64,000 nucleotides of DNA, from NCBI GenBank assembly GCA_951406725.2, contig OX597820.1:74462001-74526000 (forward strand). The letters run 5' to 3'. Position 1 is the first letter of the stretch. Every line of letters begins with the position of its first letter. This DNA comes from Octopus vulgaris. Taxonomy: Eukaryota. Shown in pieces: positions 14,408-28,322 of the stretch. Position numbers and translations under genes: made by a program. The notes beneath the pieces are model-generated. The model was not told where the DNA came from, made no database searches, and saw only the letters and a program-made list of their open reading frames with translations.

Positions 14408-14457
<50 letters not shown>

Positions 14458-14486
14458 TGTATATGTATCATGTTTGTATTCATATG

Positions 14487-14690
14487 TCGGTGTTTGTCCT
14501 CCCACCATCGCTTGACAACCGATGTTGGTATGTTTATGTCCCCGAAACTTGGCCGTTCGGCAAAACAGAGCGACAGGATATGTACTAGGCTTACAAGAAA
14601 TAAGTCCTGCGGTCGATTTGTGCGGCTAAAGGCGGCACTCCAGCATGGCCGCAGTCAAAATGACTGAAACAAATAAAAGAATACAAGAAA
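14487..14690 (+). mobile_element. SINE family A, 3' half
   Basis: CCATCGCTTGACAACCGATG..CCAGCATGGCCGCAGTCAAAATGACTGAAACAAATAAAAGA. Confidence 0.8.
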
Positions 14691-14692
14691 AA

Positions 14693-14738
<46 letters not shown>

Positions 14739-14778
14739 GTATATATATATATAAACACACACACACACATACACGCAT

Positions 14779-15857
<1,079 letters not shown>

Positions 15858-15888
15858 GTATATATATATGTATATATATATGTATATA

Positions 15889-15963
<75 letters not shown>

Positions 15964-15994
15964 ATATATATGTATATATTCGTTACGAGAGAGG

Positions 15995-16170
15995 AAAAAT
16001 TCAGCATTTCTTCCGACTTTATGCTCCGAGTTCAAATTCCGCCAAAGTCGACTTTGCCGCTCATCCTTTCGGGGTCGAAAACATAAGTACCACTTGATCA
16101 CAGGGGTCAATGTTATCGACTGTACCGTTTCCTCGAAATTTCTGGCCGCGTGTTGAAATTTGAAATCAGT
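15995..16170 (+). mobile_element. SINE family B copy
   Basis: GAGTTCAAATTCCGCCAAAGTCGACTTTGCC..CATCCTTTCGGGGTCGA. Confidence 0.8.
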
Positions 16171-16489
16171 ATGGAAAAGAAGAAAATAATAATAAAATCA
16201 AAACATGTCATTTCGACGACAACAGACTGGAAACAATGTTGAATTATAATGTGAGCTGAAAGTCATTCAAATCCGCGTGCCAGGTTCGATATTCTGTTTA
16301 AGTAATTACTCTCACTTTAATTTCATCACTAAGATTCCCGTAAAAAACTCTTAAATGTCACAACATAAATTAATAAATTAATAAAAATTCCAAAATAAAA
16401 AAAATAGAAAAGTTTGCTTTACCTAATTAAAATTTTAAAATGCTAGTGTATGTTTACAAGCGTAAGACCAACACTGATGCAGACACCGA

Positions 16490-16603
<114 letters not shown>

Positions 16604-17515
16604 CACACATTTATACATACTCAAAAGTAGACGCATGCTGTATATCCTCTCATGCATACGCATAGAGTCACGCGCTGGCATTTGCATATACGCCTGCGTG
16701 AGCACACGCGTGCGGCGTCACTCGGGGGCGTCGGTGTTTATACTGAAAGTGAAATTTGTGACCCCCACCAGATTTGATAGACGCTTTGTAAACCGAAAAA
16801 AATGGCGGTCATTTTTTTTCATAACTTCGTGTAATTGTGAGAAGCGCACGTATAAAGTCTTTGCATCCTTTTCCTTTTTCTTTCTTTTTTATTTTCTAAA
16901 ACCACGCCACATTGGCTACCGGGAGCTAAGATGGCTGATGACAGTGGTTTGTCACGTCATTGTTCAATAAAGTAACTATATGCCGTCCGCCTTTTTTTCA
17001 CATGATTAAAACCGCGCGTGCGTAGAACGCATTAGGGCACAAGACGATGATCCAGCTTGGGCAACTCTAATTAACCTTCTGAATCCCCTTGAAGCTAAAA
17101 TGCTATCAATAGCCACAGGGAAGGAATAGATATATTTTTTAATTCTTTCTGTTTCTATGAAAACAAAAAAAAAAAAAAACTTATTTATTTATTTATCTTT
17201 ATTTTTATTTATCTGTTTATTTATTTATAGGAAATGAGATAAAGGGTTCTAATGCTGACGGATTCAGATTTGATTATCTCGCATATCTTTTTATCTCTTT
17301 TTTTTTTTCACTCGTTTCAGCTATTAAACTGCGGCCATGCTAGGGCACCGCCTTGAAGAATTTTTAGTCGAATGACTAAAAATGAATCGACCCTAGAAAA
17401 TTTTTTGAAGCCTGGACACATTCGATCGTAAACACACCTACATCGATTGTGAAGCAGAGGGTGGTTGTGGTGGTGGTGGGGAGGATAAACACAGACACAC
17501 ACATATTCATGGGTT

Positions 17516-17595
<80 letters not shown>

Positions 17596-17860
17596 GGCGC
17601 AGGCGTGGCTGTGTGTGAAGACGCTAGCTTTCCAACCACATGATTCCGGGTTCAGTCCTTCTGCGTGACACTTTCGGAAAGTGTCATCTACTTTAGCCTC
17701 GGGTCGACCAAAGCCTTATGAGTGGATTTGGTAGACGGAAACTTAAAGAAGCTCGACTTATATACATATATATGAATATATATAGGTATATATTTATGTG
17801 TGTCTGTATTCCCTCCCCACCCCCCGCCATCGCTTGATAACCGATGCTGGTGTGTTGATC
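17596..17860 (+). mobile_element. tRNA-derived SINE family A, 5' portion
   Basis: GGCGCAGGCGTGGCTGTGTG..CCGGGTTCAGTCC..GACCAAAGCCTT..GGATTTGGTAGACGGAAAC. Confidence 0.85.
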
Positions 17861-17934
17861 ACAGCTGACTGGTTGGCAGAATGCAGTCGAGCCGTGAAGA
17901 CAGTTGAACGCTTGTGTTAAACTGGGCAATAATC

Positions 17935-18140
17935 CTTTCTACTATAAACACACGACCTGAAATTTTGGGGGAAGGGGTATAGTCGATTATATCGACCTCA
18001 GTGCGTAACTGGTACTTATTTTATCAACCCCGAAAGGATGAAAGGCAAAGTCGACCCCAGCGGAATTTGAACTCAGAGCATTAATACGGACGAAATGCCG
18101 CTAAACATTTTGCCCGGCGTGCTAACGATTCTGCCAAGGC
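17935..18140 (-). mobile_element. SINE family B copy
   Basis: Reverse complement of the family B consensus (CCCGAAAGGATGAAAGGCAAAGTCGACC..GGAATTTGAACTCAGA). Confidence 0.85.
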
Positions 18141-18159
18141 TCATGACTGTTTACAGATT

Positions 18160-19190
18160 AACTTGTATGAGACTCGTAATATTTTGCTGGCCCAAGAGGT
18201 TCAAAGACGATAGAGAGGAGGCAAGAAAGGATGAGAGGTGTGGGAGGGAGAGGGACATCAGAACATCAGAGCTGGTTGAGAAAGTTCGCATTTTTCTGAA
18301 TGAACACCGTTGTGTGTCTACGAATACAACAAGCGTAAAGTCTAGAGTTCGTGCGGCAATTGTACACACAATCATTTCATCCGAATATGCGCAAAATTTG
18401 TGCAAAACTTCTACCCAGGGTGCTTATTGACTAACAGAAGGAAAGATCTGTTGGGGACAGAATGGGGATGGTTGAGATCCAAGAGCGCTTTAGCTTCTGG
18501 TAACCTGTGACAAAATCTAGATCTACTGTTATGGTCCAGACACCAAGACAGAACGTCCGATAGAGTGATCCTAGTTCCCCGTCCCCACTCAAGAAGGCTG
18601 GGAAAAGCAATCCTCTGGGAAGCTCATAATGATTCTCTGTTTTCGAAAGCAAGGGCATCATCTGCATCCGCTGGGTTTCCCTGGCCAGACTTTGTGGAGG
18701 TTTAGAGGGAGTTCAGGAAAATATTTCGTTGCTACAGACCCGATATCTCCGAATCGGGTCGGTGGCATCTGTACCTGGGCAATTCACCATTCCACAATTC
18801 CATCCTTGTAACCAACTACTTGACAGAGATGTGAATCGAAACAGTTTCTCACTCCCACCTACAGTCTAGACCTTAGTACCTGTAACCTCTCGTTGGTCCC
18901 CAAGCTGAAGAACCTCAGGAGCATATTGAAGGTGTCTAGGAAAACGTCCCTAGCCACCTTCAATATGGAGGACAACCATGGATACTTTATGAAGTGACTG
19001 AAGCACTACAATTAGGGCATTGAAGCTACAGAATCCTACATTGAAGATTAAAGTTTTGTACTTACCTGAAATTAATAAATGTCTGTCCTGAAAAACTCTC
19101 GCAATCTCTGAATGGAAATTAATAAATGTCTGGAATGGAAATTAATATATGTCTGTCCTGAAAAAATCTCGCAACCTCTGGAATGAAGTT
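18160..19190 (+). mobile_element. Highly degraded mariner-type transposon
   Basis: Translation WPKRFKDDREEARKDERCGRER..VEKVR..TIIS followed by KICAK-like and LVTCD..IYCY-like segments with many stops; locally duplicated terminus at 19070-19190. Confidence 0.65.
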
Positions 19191-19515
19191 TGCTTAATAT
19201 ATCCTTTCTTAATTAAAGAAAATAAGATATGAATTGAAAGATATTCGGCTGTTATTTCTAGTTGTTATGTTTACAGACTGTAATCATAGAGACCCTATTA
19301 CAGACTCTAGTGCACTATTTGATTTGCTTATAGCCAATATCGCTGATGTTGCTATTGTTTAATATTGCAGCTGGTAGACGTGCAATTACAGCGCCGCTTT
19401 TATTTGGATTATAATTGTTGAATCCACTCGTAAAGCAGAATCGAAACTTCAATATACACTTACGTTTAACCCATATAAATATATAAATATGCTTGCACAT
19501 ACATACAAACATACA

Positions 19516-19549
<34 letters not shown>

Positions 19550-20554
19550 CATACATACATACATACATACATACATACATACATACGTACGTACCTACAT
19601 ACATGTTTCCGTATATGCTTTTCCTCATACATGCACGTACATGGATATCTGCATATACATACAACATGCAATTATATGTGCCTATAACTCTGATTATGAA
19701 AAGGGAGGTATTCGTGTTTGTGTGTGTGTGTATGTGTTTATGTGCGTGTGTGTGTGTCTGTGTTTCGACAATAATTTGAACGTAATTAGCAGATGATTAA
19801 GCAATAGCGTATTTTGTAATTGAAGCTGAACAACAGTGCATAATGATAACCTATATATCGCATGATATGCAAAATTAACTGTTGTAAAACAAATGCCTGC
19901 TTGCGTATTTGCTTTACTGCAAATACTCAAACAAGAACGACAGAAATATTGGTCAGCCTTCCGAGATAATAGAAGTACTGGCGTTAGTAACAATGCATGT
20001 GATTAATAGTTGTTATGGTGATGATAACTAATCACATGTACTGTTGGTGTTGGTAGGTCGTGGTATGACGGAGGAATAGATGGCGGTAATGGAAATAATT
20101 TTAATGATTATTATATACTCTATTGCTAAGTAGTATCATTTTCGTATAATACAGAAACAGAGCTGAAAGCTAAAATATTCATACGTACAATTGTATGCAG
20201 GTACCTACAAAGAAAACATCTATAAAACAAAAATTTAAAAATCCTTCCCGAGCCATAGAAAGCAGGTTTCCCTGAATACTGTAGCATATATGTTCGCCCC
20301 ATCACTATCATGACTGGACGCGATGGTGATCGGTCACTGGATTATTTCTTTTTGCTAGCTGAGTGGACTGGAGCAATGTGAAACGAAGTGTCTTGCTCAA
20401 GAACACAATGTGTTGCCTGGTTCAGGAATTGAAACCACAATCTTACGATCATGAGTCATTCACCTTTACCACTAAGCCACATAGCTCCAATTATCAATGC
20501 ACCCATGCATATATACTGACATACACACGGCTGCGGGCTTTCACCTTAACGTTG

Positions 20555-21035
20555 GTGGGGGTGTTTGCGTTCTTCAATGACCAGAAGATCTATGCCGTCC
20601 GGAGTCTTGTACTCCGGGTAGGGTCACCCAAGGCGGTAAGGTCGACGGGTAGAAGTCAAACAAAGGATAGTCCACTGGTCACCCAGTCTGGGGTTTGAGC
20701 AATGTCCTAATAGCCCATTCTCGTAAAAAAAACCCCACTTATTACAGAAAGCAGAAGCGCTCAAAGAGAAAATCCATACCACGTGAAGCCTAGTTTTGAG
20801 AATGAGACTTGACAAGTACCAGATGATGATAACATCAGATTCTTGGATGACCAGATCACAATGAAGTTGTTGGGCCAAAGCCGCAAGGAAACCCCAGAAC
20901 CGAAGAAATACCGTTCATCAATAAAAGACCCGGGTCATGAGAGGCAGTGATGTTGCAAGTGATCATCTGCTTGTAAGTTCACAAGTGAAGTTGAAACTTG
21001 GACAACACCCGTGTTTGACAAAGAACAACTGGGAC
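20555..21035 (+). mobile_element. RTE-clade LINE remnant (5' UTR joined to the end of the APE endonuclease)
   Basis: 5'UTR-like stretch ..GGTAGGGTCACCCAAGGC..CCACTGGTC..GGGGTTTGAGC..CTAATAGCCC..CGTAAAAAA; 20931-21002 translates to RVMRGSDVASDHLLVSSQVKLKLG (APE SDH motif). Confidence 0.65.
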
Positions 21036-21039
21036 TGCT

Positions 21040-21368
21040 AAATAATTTATGGCAAACACCTTATATGTATTCAGCTCAGACTTCAGGATTGCTCGAACTC
21101 TTCTTTAACATTCCTTCCTAACCTTCTCTTTCATGCTTGCATGCTAGATACCAGAGCCTTCATTAATTCCTAGGTATTTATAGGTTTGTTCCTGCTCAAG
21201 TTCCTTTCTTACTGTTTCGACATCTAATTCGATTGAACTTGACTTTACCAATTTCCCTTTCTTAAAAGTGGCTTTGGTACACTTTTCAAGGCCAAACTCC
21301 ATCCCGATATCATCACTGAATCCTTTCACAGTATGGAAGAGTCCTTCAAGCTCTTCATCATCTTTGCC
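21040..21368 (-). mobile_element. RLE-type (R4/Dong-like) LINE reverse transcriptase fragment
   Basis: GKDDEELEGLFHTVKGFSDDIGMEFGLEKC...YKYLGI (end of RT domain); begins directly after an (AAT)n tract on its own strand. Confidence 0.85.
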
Positions 21369-21387
21369 TATTATTATTATTATTATA

Positions 21388-21446
<59 letters not shown>

Positions 21447-21473
21447 CATTATCATCATCATCATCATCATTAA

Positions 21474-21540
<67 letters not shown>

Positions 21541-21551
21541 GACGTTTGTTG

Positions 21552-21609
<58 letters not shown>

Positions 21610-21636
21610 CATTATCATCATCATCATCATCATTAA

Positions 21637-21703
<67 letters not shown>

Positions 21704-21713
21704 GACGTTGTTG

Positions 21714-21787
<74 letters not shown>
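21369..21787. repeat. Compound trinucleotide microsatellite (ATT/ATC/GTT)n with higher-order duplication
   Basis: The block (ATT)n-(ATC)n-ATTAAT-(ATT)n-(GTT)n-GAC-(GTT)n occurs twice. Confidence 0.9.
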
Positions 21788-21791
<4 letters not shown>

Positions 21792-22623
21792 GTTTGCAGT
21801 TTGTTTGGAGCAAAAATGTTCTTAAATCTACATTCAAAAGTTTCCAGACATTCCCAGCAATATTTTCGGGACATGAAAAAGATTTCGCTTCTGCGTTGCG
21901 TCGTATATAATGGTCAAATATCTGTAGACTTCACAGTCAAAGGTTTTTCCGATCGTTAGGCTTCCACGTCGCCATTTTCGCGTTAATTTGTTTCATAGGG
22001 AGTAAATTTATGTACGCTTTACCGCCTAAATTCTTCACCATTCGGCTTCCGTGTCTGGAACTACGTGTTAATTTTCTTTTTTTTTATTTATATTATCTAC
22101 TTATTTGTATGCGTGTGTTGTTTGCATTCCAAATTAACTGCAATATTTATTCAAAAATAAGAAATATTACAAAAAAAATAAAATAAAACTAGAACATTCA
22201 TCTGTGTGCATGTCTGTGTATAAGCGATTGTGTACAGAGATAGAGAGAGGGAGAGAGCGAGAGGAAGCTGCTCTTGTTGTTTTTGTTGTTGTTGTTCTTG
22301 TTTGTGTTGTTGTTGTTGTTGTTGTTGTTGTGTGTGTGTGTGTGCGTGCGAGTGTGTGTGTATATTTATGATATTTTTACCAAAATCTCAAAATTTATAT
22401 GGCTGCCCCCGTTATGTGAGTAACATAGCTGTTCGGTAAAGATAATTGAAATAACTACCCTAATAAAATAAATACTGGGTTTGATATGGTCGACAAATCA
22501 CTCGAAGGTGGTGCTCCAGCGTGGCCGATGTCCACTGAGTGCAACCAATAAAAAAATATAGGTGTGTGCGTATATATACGTTGGTACGTCTGCATATATA
22601 CATACATACATACATATATATAT

Positions 22624-22669
<46 letters not shown>

Positions 22670-22965
22670 CAAACACACATTTACACACACAGACACAAAA
22701 CATAGACATATTAATTATGGCAGAGTCTTTCATGTGTACATGCTTGGTTAAACAAACAGCTAGTCTCCTGAACAGTTTAATGTTGAACCGGTCATATTCC
22801 CTAATGACGCATTTGGTCTGTCTAAGAAGTCGCTAAAAATAATTTCTTTTGTATACGGTTGAAGGAATTTCTACTGGCTTGATGGGCATGTATTTTTAGT
22901 GATAAACATGCACAATACAAATATATGTATGTTTATATATACACATACGTACACACATACATATA

Positions 22966-23011
<46 letters not shown>

Positions 23012-23085
23012 CACACACACATATATAAACATATATAAATAACTATATATACATACACACACACATATATTACTATACACTGTTA

Positions 23086-23499
23086 TTCTTTTATTTGTTT
23101 CAGTCACTTGACTGTGGCCATACTGGAGCACCACCTTAAAAGATTTTAGTCGAACAATTCGATCCCAGGACGTATTCTTTGTAAGCTTAGTACTTATTCT
23201 ATATGTCTCTTTTGCCGAGCTTCTAAGTTACAGGAACGAAAACATATAAGCATCGGTTGTCAAGCGATGGTGGGTAGGAGGGGACAAACACAGACACATA
23301 AGCACATATGTACGCGCGCATACTCCGTCACTCCTCCACACACAGAACGGGCCGCTTTCAGTTTCGATTTACCAAAATCCACTCACAAGGCTTTGGTCAA
23401 CCCGAGGTTATAGTAGAAGACACTTGCCCAAGGTGCTACGCAGTGGGTCTGAACCAGTTGTTTGGGAAGCAAGCTTCCTACCACACAGCCACGGTTGCG

Positions 23500-23502
<3 letters not shown>
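23086..23502 (-). mobile_element. SINE family A, near full length
   Basis: Reverse complement of the family A head, core and tail. Confidence 0.85.
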
Positions 23503-23551
<49 letters not shown>

Positions 23552-24623
23552 AGTGTGTGTGTGTGCGTGTGTGAATGTATGTATATGTATGTATATATAT
23601 ATGAATCTACGGACAAAGAATTACGTAAGTAATTTATTCGGTAATAGAAGACTTCGGTATATGATTAATTTTTGAGTTTTTTGTAATTTTCATCCGTCTT
23701 GCCCACCTATGTTCTGGTGTTCGCTGAATTTTCTCAGGAGAACATTCTTCCTTTGTAGTTAGATCATATGTGATCTTCTTCTAGCATATGGCTATCCACC
23801 TAGTGGATTTATTAGCTATACATTCGATCCTTCTTCCAAGAAATCTAATGCTCGTAGATTAGTTTTTCCTTGGGGCTGGCCGGGTCGGAGCGATCTCAAG
23901 ATTAATCAGCCGAAATTGCTACGATGATCCGGTTCTTGACTGAAGATTGGAGGCTTCGAATGTCCCGTCCGTGTTTTTTGTATCGTCTTCTAAATGTTTT
24001 ACGTTCTTGTCCCAGTTTGTATTTTTCTACATAATATATATATATATATATATTTAGTTCACAGGCGATCTAAACGGATAGATATGCTGAGTAAGTGTTG
24101 TAACGGATTACCAGGGTTCCAAGCTCGCGACCGAGACAGGAGTCATTGAACTATGGAACTACTGTGGATTTCCGACATAGAGGATGTAAATTTATTAAAA
24201 ATGTCAGCTGCTTCTCTCTCTGTAAATCTGACCTCTCTCTCTACTTATTATTATTATTATTCCTCTTTTTCCCTCAATACACTCTACCGCTCTATTGCGA
24301 TACCTCTCTCTTTCTACTTACTTCTTTAGCCAATTTATATTATCTCATACTACCATTCTATTATGAGTCTTCAACATGAAAGTATTCTTCCTGGACATCT
24401 ACAATATGACGGATATTATCTTACCTGGATTCACATTCGATTGTACCTAAAGGCTTATGATTAGCACCTGTAGCATCGGAAACTTAAACTGTGAACTTAT
24501 ATATACATTTTTTTCTTTTTCTCTTTTTCCAACATCTCTCCATCGTTTCCATAAGCTATACCCTCTCACTTTCTCACCATCTTGCCTTGGTACTTGTTTT
24601 CCATTTTAACAAATTTGTATATA

Positions 24624-24974
24624 GCCGCAGGAGTGGCTGTGTGGTAAGTGACTCGCTTACCAACCACATGGTTCCGGGTTTAGTCCCACTGTATGGTAAC
24701 TTAGCCAAGTGTCTTCTACTATAGCCTCGGGCCGACCAAAGCCTTGTGAGCGGATTTGGTAGACGGAAACTGAAAGAAGCCCGTCCTATATATGTATGTG
24801 TGTGTGTCTGTGTTTGTTCCCCTGCCATCGCTTGACAACCGTGTGTTTACGTCCCCGTAACTTAGCGGTTCGGTAAAAGAGACGGATAGAATAAGTATTA
24901 GGCTTACAAAGAAAAATCCTGGAGTCCATTTGTTCGACTAAAGGCGGTGCTTCAGCATGGCCGACGTCAAATGA

Positions 24975-24975
<1 letters not shown>
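24624..24975 (+). mobile_element. SINE family A, near full length
   Basis: GCAGGAGTGGCTGTGTGGTAAG..CCAAGTGTCTTCTACTATAGCCTCGGGCCGACCAAAGCC..GCATGGCC. Confidence 0.9.
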
Positions 24976-25018
<43 letters not shown>

Positions 25019-25019
25019 T

Positions 25020-25212
25020 GAAGGCGCGTAGCTTAGTTGTTAGGGTATTCGGCTCATGATCATAAGGTCCTGAGTTCAATTCCCGCCGGTGCATTGTGTC
25101 CATGAGCTAGACGCTTTGTTTCACTTTGCTCCAGTCCACTCCAGTGGCAGAAAATGATTATTATCTGTATTTTAAAGGGCTGGCCTTGTCACATTCTGTA
25201 TCACACTGAATA
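25020..25212 (+). mobile_element. tRNA-derived SINE with a C-related body
   Basis: tRNA-like head GAAGGCGCGTAGCTTAGTTGTTAGGG..GAGTTCAATTCCC; body AAAGGGCTGGCCTTGTCAC shared with family C. Confidence 0.7.
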
Positions 25213-25875
25213 TACATACATATATATATAACACTTACCTTTTAGAGGCAACCTGTTTCAGTCGTTAGACTGCGGCAGTTCTGGGCACCATCTTGAAAAA
25301 CTATTTTTAGTGGAACGAATGGCCTCTTTCGCCAAATCGCTAAGTTACGGGAACATAAACATACCAAGAGCGGTTGTTAAGTGGTGGCGGGCGCAAAAGC
25401 ATACAGACACATATCGATATATATGCATACAACAGGCTTCTTTCACAGGCTTCTTACCTCACAGTCATGTTGTTAAAAATTAGCCCTCAAAATAACATGA
25501 CATACAATAATTAAGAATATAAATATAAAAAAAGTAATTGACTTTATTTCGTATAGTATAAAGTTACTTACTGCGAGGAAACCATCCGCTTCCAACTAAC
25601 AGCCAATCAATTATCTAAAAGCTACTTCAACCAACAAGTCGATCTATCAATATTTAAAGCCTATTTACGGAAGCTATAAAAACAATTACAGAATATTTCC
25701 TGTCTGTCTGTTACGTCCTTGCTAGTTGTTGGTCTGTTTCATATACATACACATACATAACTACCTACCGACTTGCAAGGTATATATACACATAGATAGA
25801 TAGATAGATTGACACATACATACATACACACATACATACATAGATACATACGTACATACATGCATACATACATAT

Positions 25876-26455
25876 GTCCAGCTGTGAAAATCAACTGGTC
25901 TCTGGACACGAATGTGGTCAGGAAAATACAAAAGGAAGAGTACATCTATGGGTCATTGATAGGGAGTTTGCAAATCCACACAAGATACACTTTCGGTTTC
26001 ATACTTCTTATTGTTGGAGCAACAGAGTACATATCAACCCGTATGCTGAAGTTGGGCTCTTGGGGATAGAATGCAAATCCTTAGTTCATACTCTACAACT
26101 CAACACCATGACTGGAACTATAAAAATCTGCAAGATCTTCTAAAGATTTAAAAGATAATGGTAAAAACGAGTTACTTCCCTTCACAAGCTTGCTACCAGA
26201 TATGTGACAGGTCAAAATTTACTTTAAAATTAAAAAGAGAAAGAGACCATACATACATATATACATACATGCATACATACATACATACATACATACATAC
26301 ACACACACATACATACATACATACATACATACATACATACATACATACATACATACATTACCAGGGTCCTGGCATATATTACACACTGTCTAAATACCAA
26401 TCTTGAGAAATTAGGTTTCTCAAAACCAGAAAGGAGAAAACTAATTCGAAGACTA
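25876..26455 (+). mobile_element. Short 3' fragments of RLE-type LINE(s) embedded in (CATA)n
   Basis: Translation ..SLDTNVVRKIQKEEYIYGSLIGSLQI..FILLIVGATEYI resembles the RLE C-terminus. 26400-26457 (GAGAAATTAGGTTTCTCAAAACCAGAAAGGAGAAAACTAATTCGAAGACTAC) closely matches 5195-5248. Confidence 0.7.
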
Positions 26456-26780
26456 CGGTTTCGATTCCCAGACTGGGCGTTGTGAGTGTTTATTGAGCGA
26501 AAACACCTAAAGCTCCAGGAGGCACCGGCAGGGGGTGGTGACGAACCCTGCTGTACTGTTTCACCACAACTTTCTCTCATTTTTTTCCTGTTTCTGTTGT
26601 ACCACTATTTCGAAGGGCCAGCCTTGTCACACTCTGGGTTACGCTGAATCTCCCCGAAAACTACGTTAAAGGTACTCGTGTCTGTGGAGTGCTCAGCCAT
26701 TTCTGTGTTAATTTCAGGAGCAGGCTGTTCCTTTGATCGGATCAACTGGAACCATCATCGTCGTAACCGACCGACTACCA
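26456..26780 (+). mobile_element. SINE family C, 5'-truncated, tail variant 2
   Basis: GGTTTCGATTCCCAGACTGGGCGTTG..TTTATTGAGCGAAAACACCTAAAGCTCC..GATCGGATCAACTGGAACC..GTAACCGAC. Confidence 0.85.
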
Positions 26781-27077
26781 CTACTACTACTACATCAATA
26801 GATTATAGAGTTAAACAATTTTGCAAAACGTGTAACACTTTCTGAGTTTCCTAGCTTAGAACCTAGTGACAGGCCAAAGTGAGATAACTACTAAGCCATG
26901 GGAAATCGCTGGTTTTACATCACAGTCATCGTCCTCCAGAAGGATACTGTAACGCTGAATAGTTTTACTTAGCGCCCTGGTACTAATCAAGTGTATTTCT
27001 GCTTCCCTATGCTCAGGCGGAATGTCACCACATGTATTATTTAACAGTTGCTAATTATTTATTACTTTAAAATCATG

Positions 27078-27384
27078 TTGTTTGTTCCTTCTCGAGCCAT
27101 GCTTGGCTCATAAGGGCCGGTTTCCCGGTTTCCTTGGCGTATAGGTTCCCCACCTGGACGGGACGCCAGTTCGTCGCAGGTGAGCTGTAAGATGCAGGAA
27201 GGAGGAAAGAGTAAGAGAAAGTTGTGGCGACAGTGTCAGCAGAAGTTCACCATTACTTTCTGCCGGAGCCGCGTGGAGTTAGGTGTTTCGCTCATAAACA
27301 CAATATCGCCCGGTCTGAGATTCGAACCCGCGATCCCTCGACCGCCAGTCCGCTGCTCTAACCACTAGGCCATGTGCCTCCACA
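27078..27384 (-). mobile_element. SINE family C-related, tail variant 3
   Basis: Head GTGGAGGCACATGGCCTAGTGGTTAGAGCAGCGG; tail CCTGCGACGAACTGGCGTCCCGTCCAGG..GAAACCGGGAAACCGGCC..CTCGAGAAGGAACAAACAAC. Confidence 0.8.
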
Positions 27385-28189
27385 AAATCATATTAGATAC
27401 AACAAAATTTTCAGTTGCATAACCCCTCCTATAACTACTTCGTCATTTACTCTTTCGATTCTCCACCACCTCCTCCTCCCATCCTCTTCCCTCTCCTCCT
27501 GTTTATCTCACTCCTCCTGCTACTCCATCTCCTCGCTCTCCTGTACCTCTCTCTCTTCCTGCTCCCGCTGCGCCTTCTCCCCTTCCTCTGTCTCTATAAT
27601 TCTTTTTATTTTACTGTATTTAGTGTTCCTTTACTCACTGACCGGCACTACGCCTAGTACGTGCACTCTCATCTTACACGTCTGTTGGTAACTCTCTTTA
27701 TATGTCTCTTTCTCTATCCCCCTATACTCTGTAAAGGGTAGCGAGAAAATTGTATGCCGATGGACCCTATCTGGACTGAATACTTTTCAACAGCTGCCCC
27801 TAAATCCTGAACAAAAACAAGCTCTTTTGTTTTTTTATAGAATGTATATTCATTAAGAAATTATCTCGCTTTCTCATTCAGTGTCATTAATAATCATCGT
27901 TACATTTATGTCTATCAGCTTTGTTTGCGAAGAAAATTGCTATGTATTAAGTACGAGCAAAAGCATCCCCCCGCATCCAATGGACGGTGCTGAGTTGTCA
28001 AATATTTAACCTAAATTTTCTCAAAACAAATTGTCCAACCGTCCCATAGGCCTCCCCTTTGAGAAACACTGATTTAACCCTAATTTGAGACACCAGGAAA
28101 AGAAGAAATATAGACTTTTTTCTATTCCAAGAAAAACGATTTTACAAATGCTCGTTCCCACGGCTTTATCGATCGCATTCTCACTTGGA

Positions 28190-28322
28190 ATCGATTTTTA
28201 TAATTTTTCAAGACTCATACACGCCCTGATACCGTCGGTATCTACATATCAAATTTGAGCGGAATCGGATGGAGGATGCCCGAGATCCTAGAAGACACAC
28301 AGAACGATTTTATATAATAGAT
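28190..28322 (-). mobile_element. Probable non-autonomous Helitron 5' end
   Basis: Minus strand starts A|TCTATTATATAAAATCGTTCTGTGTGTC, similar in style to the 5' end at 8736. Confidence 0.4.

Noticed and set aside
23870-23975. GGCTG..CAGCC-GAAA and CTGAAGA boxes in a TA-ending repeat
   Set aside because: The order and pairings do not yield a consistent hammerhead fold.
27729-27810. Possible decayed hammerhead (CTGTAAA-GGGTAGC...GCTGCCC-CTAAA)
   Set aside because: At least three core mismatches and no helix I or III; cannot be supported from this copy.
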